NCBI GenBank assembly: GCA_016875335.1
Contig: VGRO01000003.1
Location: 10,343 to 74,342, forward strand
DNA length: 64,000 nt
Direction of reading: 5' to 3'
DNA from: Deltaproteobacteria bacterium
Lineage (GTDB): Bacteria; Myxococcota_A; UBA9042
In this document: piece by piece, positions 52,050-61,625 of the stretch
Layout: every line of letters begins with the position of its first letter
Numbering within the stretch: position 1 is the stretch's first letter
Position numbers and translations under genes: made by a program
Notes under the pieces: model-generated
Seen by the model: only the letters and a program-made list of their open reading frames with translations
Told to the model about the DNA's origin: nothing
Databases searched by the model: none

Positions 52050-53831
52050 TCAGTTGGCGGCGGCGATGTGCAGCTCCGCCAATTGCTTGGGTTCGACCGT
52101 GCACGGCGCCTCGGACATCAGGCACGTCGCCCGCGCGGTCTTGGGGAAGGCGATGACGTCGCGCAGGCTGTCGGCGCCGACCAGCAGCATCATCATGCGG
52201 TCCAGGCCGAACGCGATGCCTCCGTGCGGCGGCGTGCCGTATTGGAGCGCATCGACAAAGAAGCCGAACTTGGCGCGGATCTGGTCGTCGGAAAGCCCGA
52301 GCAGCCGGAAAACCTTGGCTTGCACGTCGCTCTGGTGGATGCGGATCGAGCCGCCGCCCAGTTCGGTACCGTTGAGCACGAGGTCGTAGGCCTGCGCCAG
52401 CACCGCGCCCGGATCGCGTTCGAGTCGCTCCAGGTGATCCGGCCGCGGGCTGGTGAACGGGTGGTGCATCGCCGCCCAGCGGCCCTCGGCCTCGTCGTAT
52501 TCGAACATCGGGAAATCGGTGACCCACAGGAAGGCCCAGCGGTTCTTGTCGAGCAGGTTCAGCCGCTCGCCGACCACCAGGCGCAGCCGGGCCAGCGCCG
52601 CGTTGGCGACCGCCGGCTTGTCGGCGACGAAAAGCACCAGTGCACCTTCGGCCGCGCCCAGGCGGTCCTGCAGCGCCGCGCGCAGTTCGGGGGACAGCGA
52701 CTTGGCGACCGGCCCCGACCACTCGCCGGCCGCGGCGATCCGCGCCCACGCCACGCCCTTGGCCCCGTGGGCCGCCGCCTCCTGGGGGAAGGTGACGTCG
52801 AGGTCCTTGCGCGAAAACGCCGCTCCGTCGGCGATGGCCAGGGCCTTGACCAGGCCGCCGGCCTCCAGCGCCGCGACGAACGGCCGGAATTCGGTCTGGC
52901 CGCGCAGCGTTTCAGTCAGATCGGTCAGCGGAAGGCCGAACCGCAAGTCCGGTTTGTCGCAACCGTAATTGTCCATCGCCTCCGCGTAGGTCATGCGGCG
53001 CAGCGGCAGGGGCACCTCCACGCCCAGGAACTGCTTCCAGACGAAGGCGACGTAGCCCTCCATCAGTTCGTAGAGTTCTTCACGGGTTGCGAACGACAGC
53101 TCCAGGTCGAGTTGCGTGAACTCGGGCTGACGGTCGGCGCGCAGGTCCTCATCGCGAAAGCACCGACAGATCTGCATGTAGCGGTCCATGCCGGCCATCA
53201 TGAAAAGCTGCTTGAACTGCTGGGGCGACTGCGGCAGCGCATAGAACTGGCCAGGATGGATGCGGCTCGGCACCAGGTAGTCGCGCGCGCCCTCCGGCGT
53301 CGACTTGGTCAGGATTGGCGTCTCAAGTTCCAAGAAGCCATTGTCGATGAAGTACTTGCGCGTCAGTTGGGTGACCTGGCTGCGCGCGGCGAAGTTGCGG
53401 TTCAACTCGGGCCGCCGCAGGTCGAGGTAGCGGTACTGCAACCGCAGGTCGTCGTTGGCGTGCACGCCGTCCTTGATCTCGAAGGGCGGCGTCTGCGCTT
53501 CGGACAACACCTCGAGGCCGTCGACCTCGACTTCAACTTCGCCGGTCGGGATCTTCGGGTTGACGTTGGCGCCGCGCGAGATGACCTTGCCGGTCGCCGC
53601 GACCACCCACTCTGGGCGCAGCGACAGGGCCAAAGCGTGCACGGCGGCGCGGTCTGATTCGCAGCGGATCTGCACGAACCCGGTGCGGTCGCGCACGTCC
53701 ACGAACACCACGCCGCCGTGGTGCCGATAGGCCTGCACCCAACCGTACACGGCGACCTGGCGGCCGATGTCGGCGGCGCGGTAGGCGCCATTGCCCTGGG
53801 TGCGGCGGGTGGTGTGCAGAATCGACGTCAT
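52050..53831 (-). CDS. aspS: aspartate--tRNA ligase, probably non-discriminating Asp/Asn type
   Basis: RHHGGVVFVDVRDRTG, STPEGARDYLVPSR, ALPQSPQ, RCFRDEDLRADRQPEFTQ, GTPPHGGIAFGLDR, VIAFPK. His in RxHGG is typical of ND enzymes. Confidence 0.97.
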   Translation of the reverse strand: MTSILHTTRRTQGNGAYRAADIGRQVAVYGWVQAYRHHGGVVFVDVRDRTGFVQIRCESDRAAVHALALSLRPEWVVAATGKVISRGANVNPKIPTGEVEVEVDGLEVLSEAQTPPFEIKDGVHANDDLRLQYRYLDLRRPELNRNFAARSQVTQLTRKYFIDNGFLELETPILTKSTPEGARDYLVPSRIHPGQFYALPQSPQQFKQLFMMAGMDRYMQICRCFRDEDLRADRQPEFTQLDLELSFATREELYELMEGYVAFVWKQFLGVEVPLPLRRMTYAEAMDNYGCDKPDLRFGLPLTDLTETLRGQTEFRPFVAALEAGGLVKALAIADGAAFSRKDLDVTFPQEAAAHGAKGVAWARIAAAGEWSGPVAKSLSPELRAALQDRLGAAEGALVLFVADKPAVANAALARLRLVVGERLNLLDKNRWAFLWVTDFPMFEYDEAEGRWAAMHHPFTSPRPDHLERLERDPGAVLAQAYDLVLNGTELGGGSIRIHQSDVQAKVFRLLGLSDDQIRAKFGFFVDALQYGTPPHGGIAFGLDRMMMLLVGADSLRDVIAFPKTARATCLMSEAPCTVEPKQLAELHIAAAN

Positions 53832-53869
53832 CACGCGCTCCGGTTCGGCCAGCGGGCCGAGGGGCGCGG

Positions 53870-53898
53870 ATGGTAAGGACTTGGCGTGGGCGGGGCAA
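53870..53898 (-). promoter_or_regulatory. putative sigma70 promoter of aspS
   Basis: Minus strand TTGCCC-17 bp-TACCAT. Confidence 0.5.
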
Positions 53899-53988
53899 GC
53901 GCGCCGCGATCTGGCCCAACGGCCGCAGGTGCGCTACATTCGCCCGCGCCGCCCGGCGGGAGGTGCTGTGAATCACAGACGTTTTCCA

Positions 53989-55575
53989 ATGATTGCAGCG
54001 ATTTCAGCCGTCGCATGCGCGGCCATGGCTTTCCTCCCGGGGCAAGCGACACCGGCCACGAAAAAGCCGAAGCGCCCACCGGTCGCCGCGGCCGAACCGG
54101 AAAAGCCGTGGCCGCTGCCGCAACCATGGCAGGTCGATCGATTCACCCTGGACAACGGCATGCGGGTGTTGGTGCATACCGACCGGTCCGCTCCACTGGT
54201 GGCCGTGGGTCTGATGGTCGACGTCGGATCGCGCGACGAGGCGCAGGGTCAAAGCGGCCTCGCGCACTTCTTTGAGCACATGATGTTCCAGGGCAGCAAG
54301 CACAGCGGCAAGATGGAGCACATGCGCGCTCTGGAGGGCCAGGGCGCGGACCTGAACGCCAACACCAGCGCCGATCGCACCTGGTATTACCAAGTGGTGC
54401 CGCGGCCAGCGCTCGAATTGGCGCTGTGGCTCGAAGCCGACCGCTTTGCCAATCTGGTCATCGACGCTGCCAACGTCGAGAACCAACGTCAGACCGTGAT
54501 GGAGGAACTGCGCGAGCGCATCGAGAACCGGCCGCTGGTGCGCTCGCACCTCGAACTGGTCGCCAACGTCTATGCCAGTTGGGCGATGGGCCACCCGACG
54601 ATTGGCTCGATCGAGGACCTGAACCGCGCGCCGGTGCTAGCGTTCGCATTGTTCTGGCATCGCTGGTACACGCCCAACAACTGCGTGCTGGTGCTGTCGG
54701 GCGACATCGACGTCGGCGCGGCCCGGCCGCTGGTCGAACGGACCCTCGGCCTCGTACAACGCCGCGCCGACATCCGCCGCCAGGCTGTGCAAGAGCCGGC
54801 GCCGACCGGTCACGCCGGTGCCACGCTCTACGACAAGCTGGCGCGCACGCCGGCCGTCCACCTGGCCTGGAAGGTGCCGGCCCACCCGGACCCGGACGCC
54901 TATGCCTTGGACTTGCTGGCCGAAGTGCTTGGGTCCGGCGATTCGTCGCGGCTTGAGAAGCGCCTGGTCCGGCAGGGCGGGCTGGCGGCTGGCTATTCGG
55001 CAGGCACCCATGGCCGCCGCGATCACGACCTCTTTCAGGTGTATGTCGAGTTGGCCGAGGCGGGCCCTGCGGCCATCGCTGAGACGAAGCGCAGGATTCG
55101 CGAAGAGATTTTGGATATCGCCGCCAATGGCGTGACGCCCGAAGAGCTGCGCCGCGCGCAGATCGCTTTTGAAGCCGGCTGGGTCCGCGCCGCCGAGAGC
55201 CCGGCGCGCCGCGCGGAACTGCTGGCGATGTTCGAGGTCTATCACGGCGACGCCGACAAGCTGCGCCAGGTGTTGCCGCGCTACCGGGCGGTCAATTCGG
55301 CCGGCGTGCAGCGGGTCGCACGCGGCTGGCTGACGTGGGATCGCGAGGTCGAGTTGGAGGTGTTGCCGTCCGGTGCGACTGCCACGCCCGTCGGCGCCAA
55401 GCCCGATTGGATCAGGCGGGCCGAAAGGGGCATCGCCGACGCCGAAGCCCGCAGGGTCGCTGCACAATTGCGTGCCAAGGAGGAGGCCCAGCGCAAGGCC
55501 GCCGAAGCCGTGCCGCCGCCCGCCGAGCCGACCCCGGTTGCATTGCCGCCGCAGGCCACGGACGGCGCCAAATGA
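53989..55575 (+). CDS. M16 (pitrilysin-like) Zn peptidase, catalytic subunit, exported
   Basis: Signal peptide, LDNGMRV, GLAHFFEHMMFQGS (HxxEH), NANTS.DRT.Y, VMEELR, YTPNN..LVLSGD. Confidence 0.92.
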   Translation: MIAAISAVACAAMAFLPGQATPATKKPKRPPVAAAEPEKPWPLPQPWQVDRFTLDNGMRVLVHTDRSAPLVAVGLMVDVGSRDEAQGQSGLAHFFEHMMFQGSKHSGKMEHMRALEGQGADLNANTSADRTWYYQVVPRPALELALWLEADRFANLVIDAANVENQRQTVMEELRERIENRPLVRSHLELVANVYASWAMGHPTIGSIEDLNRAPVLAFALFWHRWYTPNNCVLVLSGDIDVGAARPLVERTLGLVQRRADIRRQAVQEPAPTGHAGATLYDKLARTPAVHLAWKVPAHPDPDAYALDLLAEVLGSGDSSRLEKRLVRQGGLAAGYSAGTHGRRDHDLFQVYVELAEAGPAAIAETKRRIREEILDIAANGVTPEELRRAQIAFEAGWVRAAESPARRAELLAMFEVYHGDADKLRQVLPRYRAVNSAGVQRVARGWLTWDREVELEVLPSGATATPVGAKPDWIRRAERGIADAEARRVAAQLRAKEEAQRKAAEAVPPPAEPTPVALPPQATDGAK

Positions 55576-58571
55576 GGGGTGCCCTGCTCACCGTTGCTCT
55601 CGGGTTGGCGCTTGTCGGGTGCAGCGCCCCGCGCGTCGCGCCGCCGCCCAGGCCGCCGCCGCCCGAAATCGACACGTGGCCGCCCCGACCGATGGTGACG
55701 GCGCCGGTCCAGGCGGTCTTTCCGACGCCCGTCGTATGGGGCATCCGCCGGACTGAGGCCGGCGCTGGCGTGACCGCGGTCGTCGCCGAACGCCACGAAC
55801 TGCCGATCGTGCACCTGCGATGGGTCATTCCTGGCGGGCGCATGCTGGCTTGGAACGGCACCGCCCACCGCTGGCCCGAGGGCACCCTGAACTTTGCCGC
55901 CGACGTGGCGCGCATGGGCACGCGGACCCACCCTGGCACGAAGTTTGCCGCCGCCCTGGCCGACCTCGGCGCGTCGCTGGACGTGCACGCGCTCGGTGAC
56001 GCGGTCGTCGTCGAAGGTTCGGTGCTGAGCCACCAATTCGACCGCATGTTGCCCCTGCTGCGCGAGTTGCTGCTTGAGCCCGCCTTCGACAAGGCCGACA
56101 TCGAGACCGTGCGCAAGCGCGTCCAATCCGACCTGCAAGCAGAGGCCGGCGATCCAGAGGCCGTCAGCGCCCGCCTTGCCCTGCGCCTGGCGTTTGGCTT
56201 CGGTCACCCCTACGCGGCGGACGCGCCGACCGCGGACTCGCTGCTGCGGATCCAGCGCAAGGCCCTGACCGAGGCCTGGGCCGCGGCGACACGGTTGGGT
56301 GGCAGCACGCTGGTGGCTGTGGGCGACGTGCACCCCGCAGCGCTGGCTCAGGCGGTCGAGCGCACGTTTGGCGCGGCCATCGAGACCCTGCCGACGCAGC
56401 CAACCGTGGCGTTGGCCACTCCTGCCACCCTGGACACCTGCCATGTGGTCCATGTCGCCAGCGCGACGCAAGCCGCCTTGCACCAATTCGTGCCCGGACC
56501 GCCGCGCCGCACGCGGCAATGGCCGGCGCTCATCGTGGCCAACCAAATCGTGGGTGGGTCGGCCAGTTCGCGGCTCTTCACCGAGTTGCGCGAGCGCCGC
56601 GGCTACACCTATGGCATCTACAGCGGATTCGACGCCCGTCGCACTGCCGGTCGCTGGTCCTTGCAGGGCAGCGTGCGCAACGCCGTGCTCGGTGACGCAC
56701 TGTTGGCCATCGACGACCAATTGCTCGCCGCCCGCCGCGAGCGACCCACGGATCGCGAAATGCAGGACGCGCGCCGGTTCTTGGCGGGCCAGTTCGCTCT
56801 GGCGTTGGCCGACGGCGACCAACTGGTCGACTACCTTGCGGCGATCCCCCTCTATGGGCTGCCCGCCGACGAGTTTGCCCACTATGCGCAGGCCTTGCAG
56901 GCGGTGACCGCCGACGACGCGCTGGAGGCCGTGGTCAAGACCGTGCCCGCCGCGGGCCGGGTGACGGTCATTGCCGGCGACTGGGAGGCGACGCGGCCGG
57001 GCCTGGATGCGGCGTGCCGCCAGATCGTCGAACACGACGCCGTGGGCAATGTCGTCAGGGTCGTGCTCGGCCGCGACGACGACATGGGCGACGCCGGAAG
57101 GGCGGCGGCGTTCGCGGCGTGGCAGCGCGGCCCGGCGGGGCTGGTCGCGACGGCGCGGTACTCGGCCGATGCCGACAGAAGCGCGCTTTTTCGGGCGGAC
57201 GTCCTCGCGCTCTACGCCCGCGGCGCCGACGCCGACAAGGTGCTGGCGATGGGTCGGGCCGCCGCCGATTGGAAGCAGGCGCTCGCCCCGGCCCTTGCCG
57301 TCCGCCTGCTCCGCCACCTGGCCGACGCCGACAAGGCCGTGCAGAAGCGTGCCCATGCGCTGCTGCTGGCCATGGCGAACCACACGGTGGCCGGCAAGTG
57401 GGCCGACGTGGACCAAGAGGCAGGGCGCGCATTGCGAGTCGCGGTGGCCAATTGGGCCTTTGGCGATGTCGATGCCGGCAAGACGCCCGACCAGGTATTG
57501 GCGTTGGCCGACGCCCGGCTCGACCCCGGCGACCTCGCGCTGCTCGGCGACGCCTGCGGCGAAGTCCTGGAACACTGGCTGGCCAACGACGTGCGGCGCC
57601 ACGAGGCCGTACAGGCGCTCTTGCGTGACAAGACGCCTGCGAACCTCGGTGCACTGGTCCGCGGCTATCGGCGGCTGTTTGCCTACGGCGTGGCGCCCGT
57701 GGACCGCGACCTGGAGGCACTGGGCCAGGTGCAAGGCATCGATGCGCTTGCGCTGCTGCTCGACGTGCACAGCAACGTCCAGGGCAGCGATCTGCCGCAC
57801 GCGGTCACCCGCACGGCGGGCCTGATGGCTACGGCGCGCGCGCTGACCGACCGTCTGGCCAAGGAAAAGGCCCAAGGCGGGTCGGGCGGGACGGAACTCG
57901 CCGCGCGCTTCGACCGCGTCGAGAGCCACCTCGAGAACCTGCTGGCCATGCGCAACGCCGACGACCGGTGGTGGGCCGCCGGGCTGCTTGCCCGGTACCG
58001 CGCCGTGTCCGGCCTGCGGCGGGTGCTGGCGGGGCTGCGCGACGATGCGAACTACCGAGAACCGCGCTGGCGCACCGTCGATCCCAAGCGCATGGCAGCG
58101 CTTTTCGCCCGCGACGACATTGCGCCGCTCGGCCACGACGCCGAGCCCGCCCTGCTCGCAGCGCTGTCCGCGCCCAAGCCCATCGGCAAGGTGGTGGCGG
58201 TGCTCGGCCTGCGGGCGATCCACAGCGACGGCGGGCTCAACGCGCTGCGCACGAGCACCGACGACACGGAGGTGTCGACCTACCTCGAACTGCCTGCGCC
58301 CTTTACGGTGCGCGATCTGTGCCTCGCCTCCGTGGACGTCATGCGCATGTGGCGCGACATCGACAAGCAGGTCTCGGCCGGCACGATGTCGGTCGAGTCG
58401 GCGGCGATCTACAGGGATGTGTCGTACTTCATCGTCGAGCTCGCCGACAAGCGGCTGCGCGAAGAGGTCCACCGCCAGGTGTTGCAGCGCACCCAGGCTG
58501 TGCCCGCGGCAGCCGATTCGACTCCCGCCACGGCGCCACCCACGGGCAGCAATCCTGGCCACCCGCGCTGA
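55572..58571 (+). CDS. M16 non-catalytic partner lipoprotein with a long helical C-terminal extension
   Basis: Lipobox LALVGC, no HxxEH, GHPY, LVAVGDV, SSRLFTELRERRGYTYG (R/Y motif). ATGA-coupled to the catalytic subunit. Confidence 0.85.
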   Translation: MRGALLTVALGLALVGCSAPRVAPPPRPPPPEIDTWPPRPMVTAPVQAVFPTPVVWGIRRTEAGAGVTAVVAERHELPIVHLRWVIPGGRMLAWNGTAHRWPEGTLNFAADVARMGTRTHPGTKFAAALADLGASLDVHALGDAVVVEGSVLSHQFDRMLPLLRELLLEPAFDKADIETVRKRVQSDLQAEAGDPEAVSARLALRLAFGFGHPYAADAPTADSLLRIQRKALTEAWAAATRLGGSTLVAVGDVHPAALAQAVERTFGAAIETLPTQPTVALATPATLDTCHVVHVASATQAALHQFVPGPPRRTRQWPALIVANQIVGGSASSRLFTELRERRGYTYGIYSGFDARRTAGRWSLQGSVRNAVLGDALLAIDDQLLAARRERPTDREMQDARRFLAGQFALALADGDQLVDYLAAIPLYGLPADEFAHYAQALQAVTADDALEAVVKTVPAAGRVTVIAGDWEATRPGLDAACRQIVEHDAVGNVVRVVLGRDDDMGDAGRAAAFAAWQRGPAGLVATARYSADADRSALFRADVLALYARGADADKVLAMGRAAADWKQALAPALAVRLLRHLADADKAVQKRAHALLLAMANHTVAGKWADVDQEAGRALRVAVANWAFGDVDAGKTPDQVLALADARLDPGDLALLGDACGEVLEHWLANDVRRHEAVQALLRDKTPANLGALVRGYRRLFAYGVAPVDRDLEALGQVQGIDALALLLDVHSNVQGSDLPHAVTRTAGLMATARALTDRLAKEKAQGGSGGTELAARFDRVESHLENLLAMRNADDRWWAAGLLARYRAVSGLRRVLAGLRDDANYREPRWRTVDPKRMAALFARDDIAPLGHDAEPALLAALSAPKPIGKVVAVLGLRAIHSDGGLNALRTSTDDTEVSTYLELPAPFTVRDLCLASVDVMRMWRDIDKQVSAGTMSVESAAIYRDVSYFIVELADKRLREEVHRQVLQRTQAVPAAADSTPATAPPTGSNPGHPR

Positions 58572-58684
58572 CACGCGCGCGCCCCCGCGGACGCCTGCAG
58601 GCACCAGCGATGACACGCGCAGGCCCCATGCGCTGACATGGGCGGGTCTCACGCGCTGACACACCCTGGACGCCGTGCTACGTT
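58565..58684 (+). promoter_or_regulatory. GCGCTGACAC direct-repeat array ending in a putative promoter
   Basis: Copies start at 58565, 58607, 58630 and 58653. The last supplies CTGACA-17 bp-TACGTT with an extended -10 TG. Confidence 0.5.
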
Positions 58685-58701
58685 CGCCGCCGAGGTCGCC
58701 G

Positions 58702-60891
58702 ATGTCCAAGCTCAAGTCCTCCAAGAAACCGACCGCGGCCGAGGTGCACCCGGCGCAGCGCACCGCGTTGTGCCAGCGCTGGCTGGCGGCAGCGTGCACC
58801 CACATGCGCCAGCGACTGGTCATGGCGACCCAGGTGCGCCAGGCCAAGGCAGCGGGCCTCACCGACGAGGAGGCGCTGATGTCGGTCGAGCCTACCCAGG
58901 TCGAGGTCACGCGCGCCTACAAGAAGTTGGCGCAGGTCGAGGGCGAGGCCGAGGGCCACAACCTGCGGCTGCCCATCGAAGTCCTGACGGCTCAGGGCGA
59001 CCTGGGCGACGACGACCGCGACATCCTGGTGCTGGCGGTGGCGCCGCAAGTCGACGTCGAAATCCGCGACGCCATCGCCCGCTTCAACGACAACTTGCTC
59101 GCCAACTACGTCGACGTGCGGCTGTGTGTCGAGTTCCTGCGCACCGACCCGGTCGAGCGCCTCGGCCTGCGCGGCCACTTTGCCCCCGATGCGTCGCTGC
59201 GGCGGTTGCGCTTGGTCGCGCTGGAGAAGCGCGATGCCGGCGGCGACAACCTGCTCGGCTACGAGGTGACGCCCGCTCCGCGCGCCTTGCAGTTGCTCCT
59301 GGGCGATCAGGGCCTGCTCGACGTGTCGATGTCGGGCATTGCCGAGTTCCGCCGTTCGCAGGTGCGGCTCGACCAAGTCATCTTGCCGGCGGGCGACCTC
59401 GACCCGATGCTGACGCTGCTCGATGCGTGGTCTCGGCGGGCGCAACGGACGCATGCCGCGGCGTCGCCGTTCTCGATGGCCCCTGGGCTCGTCGTCGAAG
59501 TTTCCGGTCCACCCGGCACCGGCAAGACCATGCTGGTCGACGGGTTGGCCCACCACCTGGATCGGCCGATCCTCGAAATCGACGCCAGTCGCCTCACCGA
59601 GCAAGCCGACATCGATGTGCAGCGCGCGTTGCTGTCCAGCCTCGATCAGGCGCGCCTCATCGACGCCATCGTGGTGCTGGATGGCGTGGACGGGTTGCTC
59701 GCCAAGGGCAACGCCAAGGTCGACGTCGTGCAGGAGTCGATGCGCGGCCACCCGGGGTTGGTCATCTTGACGTCGCGCGATACCGCCACCTTGGACAGCA
59801 ACCTCGACCGCTTCATCGTGCAGAGGCTCATCCTGGACACTCCGGGTCCGGTCGAGCGCAAGCGCATCTTCGATCTGCACGTGCCGGACGGCGTGGCCTT
59901 CGAGGACGATGCGGCCATCACCGCGCTCGCTGGCCAGTTCACCTTTCCAGGTGCGCTCATCCGCAATGCCATGCAGGTGGCCACCAACCGCGCGTTCGCC
60001 CTGTCGCCCGACGCCCCGGTCATCGGCGCGGAGTTGCTCAAGAAGGCCTGCTACGAGCAGATCCGCGCCAGCCTGGACGAATACGCGGTGCGCAAGAAGG
60101 TGGGGCTCACGCTCGAAGACCTCATCGTGCCGACCGAGACCCGCGACGACATTGAGGAGATGTTCGTGGCCGCCCGGCAGCGTTCGCATGTGCTGCACAA
60201 CTGGGGATTCGCGCAGAAGATGAGCACCGGCAAAGGCATTGTCGCGCTTTTCTCGGGCGAACCAGGCGTCGGCAAGACGCTGTGTGCGACGATCCTGGCC
60301 AACGAGATGGACCAGCAACTTTTCCAGATCGCCATCCCGCGGGTCATCAGCAAGTGGATCGGTGAGACTGAGAAGAACATCGAGAAGATCTTCGAGACCG
60401 CCAAGGCCAGCCACGGCATTCTGCTTTTCGACGAGGCCGACTCGCTTTTCGCCAGCCGCACCAAGGTCGATTCGAGCGTCGACCGCTACAGCAACATGGC
60501 GACGAACATGCTCTTGCAGGAGATTGAGAACTTCGACGGCATCGTCATCCTGACCACCAACTTGGAGAAGAACATCGACAAGGCCTTCCAGCGCCGCATC
60601 GGGTTCAAGATCCACTTCCCGTTTCCCGAGGCGCCGTATCGCGCCAAGATCTGGCGCACACTGGTGCCCCGGACCTGCCCGGTGGATCCGGCCCTGGACT
60701 GGGAGGAACTCGGCCTCCGCTTTGAGCTGTCGGGTGGCCACATCAAGAACGCCGTGCTGCGCGCCGCCTATCAGGGGTCAGCCGACAACGACATCCTGCG
60801 CTTCAAGCATTTCGAGTACGCAGCGCGCCAGGAGTGCAAGAACGCCGGCAAGGTGTTTCGCAGCTCCGTCGGGGTTGGCGATTTGTTTTGA
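58702..60891 (+). CDS. tandem-AAA ATPase resembling Afp15/Pvc15-type (eCIS-associated) ATPases
   Basis: Two Walker A motifs (GPPGTGKT, GEPGVGKT), SKWIGETEKN, LLFDEADSLF..RT, DRYSN, LTTN...IDKAFQRR, ELSGGHIKN; N-terminal LVLAVAPQVD...APDASLRR domain. Confidence 0.85.
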   Translation: MSKLKSSKKPTAAEVHPAQRTALCQRWLAAACTHMRQRLVMATQVRQAKAAGLTDEEALMSVEPTQVEVTRAYKKLAQVEGEAEGHNLRLPIEVLTAQGDLGDDDRDILVLAVAPQVDVEIRDAIARFNDNLLANYVDVRLCVEFLRTDPVERLGLRGHFAPDASLRRLRLVALEKRDAGGDNLLGYEVTPAPRALQLLLGDQGLLDVSMSGIAEFRRSQVRLDQVILPAGDLDPMLTLLDAWSRRAQRTHAAASPFSMAPGLVVEVSGPPGTGKTMLVDGLAHHLDRPILEIDASRLTEQADIDVQRALLSSLDQARLIDAIVVLDGVDGLLAKGNAKVDVVQESMRGHPGLVILTSRDTATLDSNLDRFIVQRLILDTPGPVERKRIFDLHVPDGVAFEDDAAITALAGQFTFPGALIRNAMQVATNRAFALSPDAPVIGAELLKKACYEQIRASLDEYAVRKKVGLTLEDLIVPTETRDDIEEMFVAARQRSHVLHNWGFAQKMSTGKGIVALFSGEPGVGKTLCATILANEMDQQLFQIAIPRVISKWIGETEKNIEKIFETAKASHGILLFDEADSLFASRTKVDSSVDRYSNMATNMLLQEIENFDGIVILTTNLEKNIDKAFQRRIGFKIHFPFPEAPYRAKIWRTLVPRTCPVDPALDWEELGLRFELSGGHIKNAVLRAAYQGSADNDILRFKHFEYAARQECKNAGKVFRSSVGVGDLF

Positions 60892-61014
60892 CGTTTGCGT
60901 GGCGCGGTAGCCCTGGGGCGGCGCCGCAATCCTGAACAAGCGACCCGGTGTCCATGGATGCGACCTGCCGGCGGGCGGCGGATGTCGCACGGCAGCCCTG
61001 CTGCCCATTGGTCC

Positions 61015-61043
61015 TTGCCACAAGTTTGTCACAACGGTACGCT
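61015..61043 (+). promoter_or_regulatory. putative sigma70 promoter with an overlapping 11-bp-period direct repeat
   Basis: TTGCCA-17 bp-TACGCT; TTGCCACAA at 61015 and TTGTCACAA at 61026. Confidence 0.55.
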
Positions 61044-61065
61044 GGCATTCCCCGTCCGGTTGGAC

Positions 61066-61614
61066 ATGCCCGCTTCGCTCCGACCCTTGCCGCTTGCCCC
61101 CTGGCGCCGCCTTGCCGCGGCGGCCCTTGCGCTGCCGTTGTTCGCGCAATTCGTGGGGCTGTCGCTGGTCTGCCGGTGCGGCGGTTGCCCGACCAGCAAG
61201 GCCTGGGGCGTCGACGCGAACGCTGGCCGGCCTGCGTGCTGCCATGGCGACGAAGAAACGACCGCTACCGCAGCGGCGCCGGCCTGCGCGCCAACGGCAA
61301 GCGCCAAGAACAAGGCCGCCGACAAGGCTGCGGCGCTCTGCGGAGTCGCCACCACCGTCAAGGCCGGCCAGGAATTCAGCGCCGAGGTCCTGGTCACCCA
61401 GGTCGCCGACGGACCGGCTGTGCCCGGACTGTCGTTCACGGTCAAGTTCATCCACGTCGGCATGGGCCACGGCGGCAGCAAGGTGCCGATGGTTGAAGAG
61501 GCCGGTGGCGGCCTGTACAAGGTCACCGCGCTCAAGCCGTCGATGGCCGGCAACTGGCGGATGACCCTGACCGCGGGCGCCGACGCGTTCGCCTTCGACT
61601 TCAAGGTCAACTGA
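61066..61614 (+). CDS. exported YtkA/FixH-like protein with a Cys-rich N-terminal segment
   Basis: Hydrophobic leader, CRCGGC and CCH; C-terminal HVGMGHG...GLYKV....SMAGNWRMTL pattern. Confidence 0.7.
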   Translation: MPASLRPLPLAPWRRLAAAALALPLFAQFVGLSLVCRCGGCPTSKAWGVDANAGRPACCHGDEETTATAAAPACAPTASAKNKAADKAAALCGVATTVKAGQEFSAEVLVTQVADGPAVPGLSFTVKFIHVGMGHGGSKVPMVEEAGGGLYKVTALKPSMAGNWRMTLTAGADAFAFDFKVN

Positions 61615-61625
61615 TGGAGGCTTGC

